DNA of 64,000 nucleotides from an uncultured delta proteobacterium (lineage in GTDB: Bacteria > Desulfobacterota > Binatia > UBA9968). The stretch spans positions 128,001 through 192,000 of the forward strand of contig CAVXEP010000029.1 of assembly GCA_963760795.1 (NCBI GenBank), in the 5' to 3' direction. The translations under genes and the position numbers were made by a program. Below, in pieces: positions 49,773 through 58,795 of the stretch (within the stretch, counting starts at the first letter, position 1; every line of letters begins with the position of its first letter). The notes beneath the pieces are model-generated. The model made no database searches. It was not told where the DNA came from and saw only the letters and a program-made list of their open reading frames with translations.

Positions 49773-49787
49773 TGGCATATGAGTTGC
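49773..49787 (+). promoter_or_regulatory. sigma54 promoter (rightward member of a divergent pair)
   Basis: TGGCATATGAGTTGC; shared palindromes at 49682/49713. Confidence 0.85.
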
Positions 49788-49848
49788 GTTGAGTCGCGGT
49801 GAATAGTTAAAAGACATCGACAAAAATATTGGAGTCGCTGGAGGTTCT

Positions 49849-50187
49849 TATGGATTATGCAGAAGGTGTTGCTCAAGGCAGAATGGGTCGTAGGGAAGAT
49901 GAGCGGGACGACATCGGCCGCAAAGTAAGCAATGCGGCTTCTGAAGTGCGCGCCGGGATCACTAATTTCGTCGACGGCAGTTAAGCAAAAAATACCAAGC
50001 TGATGCGGTTCGCAAGATGAGTGATACCGCGTGCGAAGTCACCGATCAGGTCAGGGGATACATCGAGGATCGCGGAATCCGGGGATTGACGGATGATGTT
50101 ACCGATTTGATTCGCCGCTATCCGATGCCTGCTTTGTTATGTGGAGTCCTGATCGGTGTGTTATTGGCGCGTCCACGGGGAGATTAA
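49849..50187 (+). pseudogene. YqjD/ElaB (DUF883)-like tail-anchored protein, frameshifted
   Basis: GGAGG-ATG at 49849; C-terminal LIRRYPMPALLCGVLIGVLLAR is reached only via frameshifts near 49976-49995. Confidence 0.7.
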
Positions 50188-50189
50188 CC

Positions 50190-50642
50190 ATGGCTGCATT
50201 GAAGCCTACACCCGATCACGCCAGTTGGTCCGACCTGATCGCGGGAATTGTGACAGATGCAACGCAGCTGTTTCACAAAGAGGTCGAACTGGCCCGACTA
50301 GAGATTGGTAATGATTTACGTAACGTCAAAGCGCTGCTAACGGGAATCGTAATTGGTGGGATACTCGCAGTTTTAGGTTTAGGCTTGCTTTGCGTTGGGT
50401 TGGCGTTGGCACTTTTTACCTATACGACATTGCCGCAATGGGCTTGCTTCGCTGTGGTTGGCGGAGCGATGCTGGTGGCCGGCGTCTGCTTTATTGCCGC
50501 GGCTAACCGAAGCAAAAAGAAAGTCGATCTAATTCCTCAGCGGACCGTTGAGGCTGTGAAGGAGGATATCGGATGGATCACATCGACAATCAGGACATCG
50601 AACGCAATCTCAAAGACCGCGAACAAACTCGAAAGGCGCTAA
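50190..50642 (+). CDS. YqjE-like ('phage holin family') membrane protein
   Basis: LFHKEVELARLE, two TM segments, PQRTVEAVKED. Confidence 0.85.
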   Translation: MAALKPTPDHASWSDLIAGIVTDATQLFHKEVELARLEIGNDLRNVKALLTGIVIGGILAVLGLGLLCVGLALALFTYTTLPQWACFAVVGGAMLVAGVCFIAAANRSKKKVDLIPQRTVEAVKEDIGWITSTIRTSNAISKTANKLERR

Positions 50643-51130
50643 CGCAAAAGTTAGAGACGCTGGAGACACGTATGCAGGACAATATCGAGCAAGTTAAAGA
50701 GTCGGTGCGACATAGCACAGATTTAAAATACCAAGTGGGCAAGCGTCCCTGGGTAATGTTTGGTTTATCAATAGTGTTGGGTGGTGTGGCCGGGCGCCTG
50801 TTCATGGGTAATCGTCAATCGTTAAGTGCGCGCTCGCGCTCGGAAATCGAGGATATCCTACACAAAGCGAGCGACGCATCAAGCAAAAGCTTTCAAACCT
50901 TGGCCGACAATGTAAACCTCGACCAGTACGCTAAGCATTTTAGTCTAATTAAGAACGCCTCCATAGGCGCGATGACTTCGCTTGCCGTCGAATTGGCCCG
51001 TCGTGTCGTGCCCGCCATCCTAACCCAAATCGATAAGTACTCTAAAAGCACAAACCTCAACAACACCACCGAGAAGGTTCGAGAAGCGGACGAGCAATTA
51101 CAAGATCGATTCAGAACCTCGGTTCAGTAA
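50573..51130 (+). CDS. DUF3618/YqjK-like protein
   Basis: IERNL..TRKALTQKLETLE coiled coil, then RPWVMFGLSIVLG TM. Confidence 0.7.
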   Translation: MDHIDNQDIERNLKDREQTRKALTQKLETLETRMQDNIEQVKESVRHSTDLKYQVGKRPWVMFGLSIVLGGVAGRLFMGNRQSLSARSRSEIEDILHKASDASSKSFQTLADNVNLDQYAKHFSLIKNASIGAMTSLAVELARRVVPAILTQIDKYSKSTNLNNTTEKVREADEQLQDRFRTSVQ

Positions 51131-51324
51131 GTTCGTGATCTGGTCAAAGCTTTCGCGTGGGTCTTAGCAGAAAAGCGCACCCAATGGGGAAAGCGTCCAG
51201 AGTTTGCGAACCAGTGCAGTGTCGCATCGGCAAACCCCTTGCTGCGACAATTATGGCGCACTTCTATAGTGTTCGCAGCGAGGGCTAATTGCGCGCTGAC
51301 CGTTTGTTAAACGCACCTTTTAAC

Positions 51325-53139
51325 ATGGCGCATACGCATGACATAGAAGATCGTAATTCCATGGGGGCCGAGAGCGGCAGATTGCCGGGCATGTGGTTTT
51401 TTCTCGGCGCGGCTCTTTTGGTTGCAATTCTTTATTGGGCCCAGGCGATTTTGATTCCTGTGGCCCTAGCTATCCTCTTAACCTTTTTGCTTGCGCCGAT
51501 AGCAGGGCAGTTAGAGCGCTGGGGAATCTACCGCGGTTTGTCGGTATCTCTAGTCGTTTTGCTGACGGCGCTTTTGCTGGGCGGCATGATTTGGCTTGCC
51601 GCGATGCAAATTCGCAATCTGGCCGATGAGTTGCCGCATTATCGTGCCAACATGCGGCAAAAGATTAGCGATCTGCGCGAGCTGCAGAAAAGCAGCGCGC
51701 TGGATCGTCTTAACGATATGTTCGGGGAGGTGCGCGGCGAATTATCTAAAGACGACAAAACCAGCGTGCCGAAGCCATCTGCCGAAGCCGCCCCCGGCGG
51801 CCCCGCTGGCCAACCGTTCTTTTGGGAATCGTTAAAGCAACCGATTGCCAGCGCCGGTCTGGTCTTGCTGCTGTTGATTTATATGCTCGCGCAGCGCGAA
51901 GAAATGCGTAATCGGCTCATCCGGCTATTTGGCTATGGCAATCTAACGATTACCACCCACGCGCTCGAGGAAATGGGCCAGCGCGTCAGTAGCTATTTAT
52001 TAACCCAATTGGCGATCAATAGCAGTTTTGGAATGATGGTCGCTGTCGCGCTAGCCCTGATCGATCTACCCTACGCATTTCTCTGGGGTTTTCTTGCGAC
52101 TCTGTTGATTTTTGTACCGGTGATCGGTTTCTGGATCGCCGCCGCATTGCCGACAGTGCTCAGTCTGGCGGTGTTCACGAACTGGGGCTGGTCGTTGTTT
52201 GTGCTCGGACTTTTTTTAGTACTCAAGACCGTCATTAACACGATTCTTGAACCGTTGCTTTACGGCAAAAGCGCCGGGGTGTTGCAAGTGCCGCTTTTGA
52301 TCATGCTGGCATTCTGGACCTGGCTCTGGGGACCCATGGGCTTGATTCTGGCCACGCCATTGACTGTCTCGCTGCTGGTTTTTGCCAAGCATGTGCCGCA
52401 GTTGGAATTCCTGAATTTACTAATGAGCGATCAGCCGGCGATGGCATCCCAGATCAGCCTCTATCAGCGCATGCTTGCGCTTGATTATGATGAGGTGTCG
52501 GTAATATGGGAGAATTTCCTGCGTGATGAACCGCCTGAAACGGCTTATGACGCGCTGCTATTACCGGCGCTCAGTTATGCCAAGGCGGATCGCCGGCGCG
52601 GCCGTTTGACGGTGCGACAGGAAAAATTCATTTTCGCCACCGCGCAGGCTTTACAGGAAGAGCTGAACAGCGCTGGAATCAGCCAGAAAGCGAAGTTGCC
52701 GCCGGCTCATAGGACTCGCATCATCGGTTGTCCGGCAGAGGACGATGCTGATGAACGCGCGTTGTTCTTCCTCTGCGACCTGCTCGATCCGCTACGCTTC
52801 GATTGCGAGGTCGTTGCCGATGCGAAGCTTGCCGCTGAAACCATCGCCGGTCTTGGCCCACGCGAGGCCGTGCTGGTGATCGCCGTCCTGCCGCCCGGCG
52901 GCATTGCGCGGAGCCGTTCTCTCTGCAAGCAGCTGCGCGCGAGATTCGCGCACTTGAAGATTCTCGTCTTATGTTGGCAATGTGCCGGCGATCAGTCCCA
53001 AGTTCGACAGAGTATTTTGGCCGCCGGCGCCGATTGGGTGTGCTTTAATTTACTCGAGACACGCGCACAAATCGCCAATCTCGCTGGAGATGCGGTCGCG
53101 CTATCTAGCAGCCTGGATAAAGAAGCCGTTGAGGGTTAA
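51325..53139 (+). CDS. AI-2E family transporter with C-terminal cytoplasmic (B12-binding-like fold) domain
   Basis: IPVALAILLTFLL, EPLLYG and FWTWLWGPMGLILATPLTV motifs; start uncertain. Confidence 0.88.
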   Translation: MAHTHDIEDRNSMGAESGRLPGMWFFLGAALLVAILYWAQAILIPVALAILLTFLLAPIAGQLERWGIYRGLSVSLVVLLTALLLGGMIWLAAMQIRNLADELPHYRANMRQKISDLRELQKSSALDRLNDMFGEVRGELSKDDKTSVPKPSAEAAPGGPAGQPFFWESLKQPIASAGLVLLLLIYMLAQREEMRNRLIRLFGYGNLTITTHALEEMGQRVSSYLLTQLAINSSFGMMVAVALALIDLPYAFLWGFLATLLIFVPVIGFWIAAALPTVLSLAVFTNWGWSLFVLGLFLVLKTVINTILEPLLYGKSAGVLQVPLLIMLAFWTWLWGPMGLILATPLTVSLLVFAKHVPQLEFLNLLMSDQPAMASQISLYQRMLALDYDEVSVIWENFLRDEPPETAYDALLLPALSYAKADRRRGRLTVRQEKFIFATAQALQEELNSAGISQKAKLPPAHRTRIIGCPAEDDADERALFFLCDLLDPLRFDCEVVADAKLAAETIAGLGPREAVLVIAVLPPGGIARSRSLCKQLRARFAHLKILVLCWQCAGDQSQVRQSILAAGADWVCFNLLETRAQIANLAGDAVALSSSLDKEAVEG

Positions 53140-53249
53140 CTAAAAGCAACTGACAGTCGAAGGGTCGCCATATGACGTTGTTCCTTAAAACAGCCCGCAT
53201 GAGTCTCACCGATTGAAAGTTTTGCTATCGCAATACGGGGTTGCAAAAC

Positions 53250-53264
53250 TGGTACGAAGTTTGC
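53250..53264 (+). promoter_or_regulatory. sigma54 promoter
   Basis: TGGTACGAAGTTTGC, upstream of 53371. Confidence 0.8.
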
Positions 53265-53370
53265 TGACATTAAACTCAGAGGAATGATCCAATCGACGAG
53301 ATAATGGGAAAATTTTACCAATCGCGTCTTCGGGATTTTCTACCGACGACGGCCAAGCGAAAGTAAATAA

Positions 53371-53658
53371 ATGACTACAACGGATCTTGATAAAGCGCTG
53401 GTCGATGCGCGGGCCGTGTTTAAGCGGCCCGAAGATGTTGTCACGGCAAGCGATCTCACGCGGGAGCAAAAGATCGAAATTTTGCGCCGATGGGAATACG
53501 ATGCCAGAGAAATTCAGGTCGCCGAGGAAGAAGGAATGACCGCTCCGCCATCGGCGCCTCAGAGTGCGCCCTTGGATCTGATACTCAAAGCGCTACGTGC
53601 ATTGGGGGCGCCGTCGAGTGTTGAAAACTCTGCACCGACAAAACAGGGTGGTTCTTAA
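53371..53658 (+). CDS. conserved hypothetical protein
   Basis: VFKRPEDVV..LTREQKIEILRRWEYDA..AEEEGM. Confidence 0.75.
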   Translation: MTTTDLDKALVDARAVFKRPEDVVTASDLTREQKIEILRRWEYDAREIQVAEEEGMTAPPSAPQSAPLDLILKALRALGAPSSVENSAPTKQGGS

Positions 53659-53689
53659 AGACCCTGGGTTTCCGGCGTCGGTGCTCCCC

Positions 53690-54360
53690 GCGCGTTAGAA
53701 TTTTGCGCTCGGTTTGCCTTCATCAGATCCAGAGGCAGAGTTACGCAAAATACCGTGCTGTTGCCAAGTTCATTCGTGTAATCGATCGAACCTTGATCCG
53801 TCGAGACGATTATTCAACCACGGCGAGTTCGATGCCGAGCCCTTAGATTTGCCGTGATCAGCGGTTTAAAGACTTTCAATTCAGAAAAAAATTCCCATCT
53901 TGGTATCGGCATCTTCCGAGAAGAGCTTGTTGTCGCTGCAATAACCGCGCAGCGTGAGTGTGCCCCCTTGAGGCGTCGCTTACGCGGCGTTCTGCAGAGT
54001 AGGTCTTCTGCCCGGCCACTTGGGCGGTCAACGAGGTTCGGTTGGTCGGCTCAAGTCCACGTTGCAGGTTCGGACTTGAACAAAAACCATCTTCTCGATT
54101 AAATCTCTCAATCGATCGATTTCGTCGCCAAGCGACTCATAAAGTCGGCAATCCGCTCATAATGCTCTTCGAGTTTCACTCGTTGATCGATGTCGCGCAT
54201 GAGTTCGGCGTGCGCCCGCCCAGAGACTTCGTACGTTCGGCAACTCTTTGCTCTACTCCGATCGAGGCGGCACAATTGGTCGTCGGTACTAGACGCAACG
54301 GGCCGATATCGCCGCCGATCGCTTTGCGCTCCAGACGATTATTCGTGAAACAGTAGGGGA
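53690..54360 (-). pseudogene. heavily decayed histidine kinase remnant
   Basis: Fragments EQRVAERT, EIDRLRDLI, GTLTLRGY and GSIDYTNELGNSTVFCVTLPL with stops and frameshifts; boundaries approximate. Confidence 0.6.
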
Positions 54361-54825
54361 GTTGCGAGCGCGATGCCCGTCGGCGCCAGAACGTGGATGC
54401 GCTCGGATGGAGCAAGGCGTGGGCTAAACCGAATTTACCCGCAAAGAAGTAATTGCTGCAAGCAGACCGAACAGTGCATAATGGTCGAGATTGCGCCGCT
54501 GTCTGCTCATGGAGACAACCTCTATGCCGTTGGTCCACAAAAGGCGGTCGCACAACCGACGTAAGTTAGTCCACCGGCGGGGTTTGTTTTACCAGAGACG
54601 GACAGACTTTAACTTCCAGATTTGAGAGCAAACCCAATGGCATTACGACCGAAAATCGACGTTCTGGGTGTGGTGTCCCAAAATTGTGACAAGAGAATAA
54701 CCGTTTACTTACATTTCTCTAACTCAGATGTTATGCAACGCTATTAAAGCTTACACCCAGCTGCCGAGAAGAACCTAACGAATGAAAAATCAAGGCTCAA
54801 GACCTGATCAGCGCGCCACACTTCG

Positions 54826-57663
54826 ATGAAGCCCCAAACATCGATCAAGCTGCGCTGGCATCTAATAGTGCTGATAGTCGCCACATTGGTGCCGATGCTG
54901 ATTTTCGCAGCTATTCTGATGCAGCGTGAAATCAAACAGCAGCAGGAAAATGTCGACCGTGGCATGCGCCATACCGCCCGGGCGCTTTCCCTTGCCGTGG
55001 ACCGCGAAATCTCAAGCGCGCGGGCAGTGCTGGATACACTTGAAGGCTCGCAGTCTATCGACGAACGCAATTTTCCACGGTTTTATCGGTTGGCTGCGGC
55101 CGCCGCGGCGAAACGTCAAGGTTCGCGTGTCATTCTTTTCGCTCTCGATGGTCAACAGCTTGTCAACACCGCTAGACCTTTAGGCGATTCGCTGCCCAAT
55201 CCTTTTCAGGAAGGACAGCCGGAAGGGAAAAATCCCGTTTATCCCGATCTCCCTATCGGTGGAAATGCTCATCTGAAGCAAATTATCGAAACCGGCCAGC
55301 CCACACTTTCCGATGTGTTTATCACCTTAACCAACCGGCGACCCGAGATCTCGATTGGAGTGCCGGTCAAGCGCAACAACAAGATTCTTTACATTCTAGA
55401 TATAGTTTTCGAGTTGGGAACATTTACTAGATTGCTGCTGGAAGAAGGGATACCCGCAGGCTCGGAAGGAGTGATCATCGACCGCCAGGGAGTTATCGTC
55501 ACTCATACCAAGGCTCCGGAGCGGTTTATTGGCCGGCGCGCGGCGGCGCCGCTACTCGAGCAGATGGCCAAGTTGGATGAGGGAGTCGCGATCACGCAGA
55601 GTCCGACAGACGCATCGACCGCGCTCTATTTTGTTCGATCAAATTCAACCGGGTGGAGCACCGGTATCGGTGTTTCGCAAGCGGCGGCGCACGCGGCGCT
55701 CAATCGCACTTTTTATTTACTGATTGGCGGCGCGGCACTGTTGCTGTTGTTAAGTCTGGCGGCCGCGCTATTTCTAGGCAGACGGCTGACCAGCTCCCTC
55801 GCCCGGCTGGCTCATTCGGCGGAAGCGATTCAGCACGGTGAGCCGATCGCACTCAAACGCTCTACGGTTTATGAGATCGATGAATTACATCGCCAATTGG
55901 TTCAAGCCGGAACCCTGGCGCGACAAAGCTTTCAGGATCGCCGATTGCGCATTGAGGCCGAAGCGCAGCGGGCTGCGGCCGAGGCAGCGCGAAGTGAAAT
56001 CCTCGAACGTGAAGCAAAATTGCAAGAAAGCGAGGAACGCTTGCGTGCCTTTCTCGAAAACAGCGCGACGATTGCGTGGATGGTCGACGAAGAGGGGCGC
56101 TATGTTTATCTGAGCCGTAATTATCTGAAGCATTTCGATCTCGGTGCGCGACAATGGCAGGGCAAGACCGTCTTCGATTTGTGGCCGGCGGCGGTCGCCG
56201 AGAAGCTGCGTCAATCAGATTTGGCGGTGCTTGCCCATGGCGGACTGCAAGAGGAGATTGAGCAGACGAAAAATCCCGATGGCAGCCGCTCATGGTGGTT
56301 CAATTCCCGATTCGTGCTCACAGATCGTTCGGGCAAACGCTATGTTGGTAGTCTGGCGGTCGATATCACCGAGCGCAATCGGCTCCAAGAAGAACTCGAG
56401 CAGCGCGTCGCCGAGCTGAAAGAAGCCGACCGGCGCAAGGATGAATTTTTAGCGGTGCTATCGCATGAGTTAAGAAATCCGCTGGCACCGATTGCCAATG
56501 CCGTGCAGATTCTAAAAACGCTCGATGCCGCGGATCCGAAGCTGCGCTGGTGCCGCGACTTGATCGATCAGCAAATCAATTTGATGGCCCGCTTGATGGA
56601 AGATCTGCTCGACGTCAGCCGAATCACCCGAGGGCGATTACCGTTGCGTAAGCAGTTGGTGGAGCTGGGCCCGGTGGCTGAGGACGCGCTACAAATAAGC
56701 CGGCCGCTCATCGAAGCCCGTGGGCATAAGCTAACGGTCGATCTGCCGGCGGAAAGATTGATGCTTGACGGCGACCCGGCGCGGCTGACGCAAGTGTTTG
56801 CAAATTTATTGAACAACGCCGCCAAGTACATGGAAGGCAGCGGCGAGATTCGCTTTACAGCGAGGCTCGAGAGAGCCCTCACTCTCGTCCCCTTCGACGA
56901 GTTCAGGATAGGTTCTGCCGTCGCGGGCGAGAATGGGCGAACAGAAGCCGCGAGAGTAGAGACGGCGAGAAGCAACGAAGTCATCATTTCGGTCAAAGAC
57001 AACGGCATCGGCCTCGCGCCGGAACAACTGCCGCATATATTCGACATGTTTTTTCAGGTCGATACCGGCAGAGATCGCCACTACGATGGCTTGGGTATTG
57101 GACTGACTCTGGCGCGCAACTTGATCGAGCTGCATGGCGGCACGATTGAGGCGAGGAGCGAGGGGCTCGGAAAGGGCAGCGAGTTTATCATGCATTTGCC
57201 GGTGGCGAGGGTCGATGCCGTTTCAGCGGCAAGCGAGCGGGCGGCGCATCAACCACCGGCAGCATTGCCTGGCAAACGTATCGCCGTGGTGGACGACAAT
57301 AAGCTGCAGGCGCGATCCATGGCGATACTGCTCGAGGTGATGGGTTACCAGGTGAAGACCGCCCATGATGGCGAGAGCGCGATTCGCATGATCGCGGAGT
57401 TTGTCCCGCAAGTGGCACTCATCGACATCGGTTTGCCGGGATTAAACGGTTATGAACTGGCGCGTCGGTTGCTCGCGTTGCCGCAAGTAAACGGCATCAC
57501 GCTGATCGCGCAGACCGGTTGGGGACGGGATGAAGACCGGGAGTTATCGCGCCAAGCCGGTTTCCAGCATCATCTTCTCAAGCCGATCGATCGCCGGCTA
57601 CTGGAGGAGCTCCTGGGCGAGATTCTTGGTTCAACGTCGACTGAGTCGATTATCTCGCAGTAG
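54826..57663 (+). CDS. membrane hybrid sensor kinase (TM-Cache-like-TM-PAS-HisKA-HATPase-REC)
   Basis: Two TMs; KDEFLAVLSHELRNPL, NLLNNAAKY, DNGIG, GLGIGL, VDDN and DIGLPG motifs. Confidence 0.93.
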   Translation: MKPQTSIKLRWHLIVLIVATLVPMLIFAAILMQREIKQQQENVDRGMRHTARALSLAVDREISSARAVLDTLEGSQSIDERNFPRFYRLAAAAAAKRQGSRVILFALDGQQLVNTARPLGDSLPNPFQEGQPEGKNPVYPDLPIGGNAHLKQIIETGQPTLSDVFITLTNRRPEISIGVPVKRNNKILYILDIVFELGTFTRLLLEEGIPAGSEGVIIDRQGVIVTHTKAPERFIGRRAAAPLLEQMAKLDEGVAITQSPTDASTALYFVRSNSTGWSTGIGVSQAAAHAALNRTFYLLIGGAALLLLLSLAAALFLGRRLTSSLARLAHSAEAIQHGEPIALKRSTVYEIDELHRQLVQAGTLARQSFQDRRLRIEAEAQRAAAEAARSEILEREAKLQESEERLRAFLENSATIAWMVDEEGRYVYLSRNYLKHFDLGARQWQGKTVFDLWPAAVAEKLRQSDLAVLAHGGLQEEIEQTKNPDGSRSWWFNSRFVLTDRSGKRYVGSLAVDITERNRLQEELEQRVAELKEADRRKDEFLAVLSHELRNPLAPIANAVQILKTLDAADPKLRWCRDLIDQQINLMARLMEDLLDVSRITRGRLPLRKQLVELGPVAEDALQISRPLIEARGHKLTVDLPAERLMLDGDPARLTQVFANLLNNAAKYMEGSGEIRFTARLERALTLVPFDEFRIGSAVAGENGRTEAARVETARSNEVIISVKDNGIGLAPEQLPHIFDMFFQVDTGRDRHYDGLGIGLTLARNLIELHGGTIEARSEGLGKGSEFIMHLPVARVDAVSAASERAAHQPPAALPGKRIAVVDDNKLQARSMAILLEVMGYQVKTAHDGESAIRMIAEFVPQVALIDIGLPGLNGYELARRLLALPQVNGITLIAQTGWGRDEDRELSRQAGFQHHLLKPIDRRLLEELLGEILGSTSTESIISQ

Positions 57664-57733
57664 AGAACATGAAAGGCCAAGCGGCCAAAACGCTTTTTGG
57701 TGCCGCAAGCAAACGATACACTCGGAGTAACCG

Positions 57734-58795
57734 ATGACAATCCCAACTGAGCCGATCGGCAGCATCCCAAGACCTCTTAAGCTGATTGAGGCGATCGCCA
57801 CACGAGGAGTCAATGATCCGTCATTGGAGACGCTCTTTGAAGACGCGAGCCGCGACACCATCGAGCGCTTCGAGGCGACGGGATCGCCCGTCATCGCCGA
57901 CGGCGAGCAAAGAAAATATCACAACTTCTGGACGTACAGCGTGCAGGGATTGCCCAATGCGGCGGAGGACGGCTTTAAGATACCTTTCGTCGCCGGTCAC
58001 ACTCGCCGGATGCTGCGCTTGACCGATGGTCCTTTCCGCTACAAGACCTATGCGGACAGCTACCTGGATTTGGCGCTACGCCATGCCCATGTGCCAGTGA
58101 AGCAGGCGGTCATCTCGCCTTCCGCCCTCAGTCTTATGTATCCGCCCGACGAGATCCCTGGCTATCCGCGCGGGCAGTTCATCGACGACCTGCTCCGCGA
58201 GCACGAGACCGAGGTGCGCGCCTGCTTGCGCAAAGGCGCGCACAAAGTGCAGATCGACTTCACGGAAGGGCGGCTGGCGCTTAAGATCGACCCTTCCGGG
58301 CATCTCTTGCAGAGCTTTATCGATCTGAACAATCTGGCGCTGGCACGCTTCTCCGCCGCAGATCTTCAGCGCATCGGCGTGCACACATGTCCCGGTGGCG
58401 ACCGCGATTCGACCCACAGCGCGGATGTCGATTACGCCGAGCTGCTGCCGCAACTGTTCGAGTTGACGGCGGGCAACTTTTACATCGCGCTGGCCGGGGA
58501 AACGGACCATGTCCGGGTCCTGAAGATCATCCGCGACCACATGAAGGCGGACCAGCGAATTTTTGTTGGCGTTATCGCACCGATCGATGCGCGTGTCGAG
58601 ACAGCCGAACAGGTTCGGGATCGGGTCCTCGAGGCGGCCCAATACATTCCGCTCGAGCAATTGGGCACCACCGATGACTGCGGTTTTGCACCGTTCTGCG
58701 ATGACACTTCGACGACCCGCGACACGGCCTTTGCAAAGATCCGGGCGCGCGTAGAGGGCACGGCGCTTGCAGCGGAAATTCTCGGAGGTCATTAA
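57734..58795 (+). CDS. cobalamin-independent methionine synthase-like single-barrel (Meth_synt_2) protein
   Basis: IGSIPRP, DGEQ, VQIDF, GVHTC and DDCGF motifs. Confidence 0.85.
   Translation: MTIPTEPIGSIPRPLKLIEAIATRGVNDPSLETLFEDASRDTIERFEATGSPVIADGEQRKYHNFWTYSVQGLPNAAEDGFKIPFVAGHTRRMLRLTDGPFRYKTYADSYLDLALRHAHVPVKQAVISPSALSLMYPPDEIPGYPRGQFIDDLLREHETEVRACLRKGAHKVQIDFTEGRLALKIDPSGHLLQSFIDLNNLALARFSAADLQRIGVHTCPGGDRDSTHSADVDYAELLPQLFELTAGNFYIALAGETDHVRVLKIIRDHMKADQRIFVGVIAPIDARVETAEQVRDRVLEAAQYIPLEQLGTTDDCGFAPFCDDTSTTRDTAFAKIRARVEGTALAAEILGGH

Noticed and set aside
50190-50642. Prophage, suggested by the 'phage holin family' protein
   Set aside because: No phage structural or lysis genes nearby; the context is the yqjD/E/K-like stress triad.
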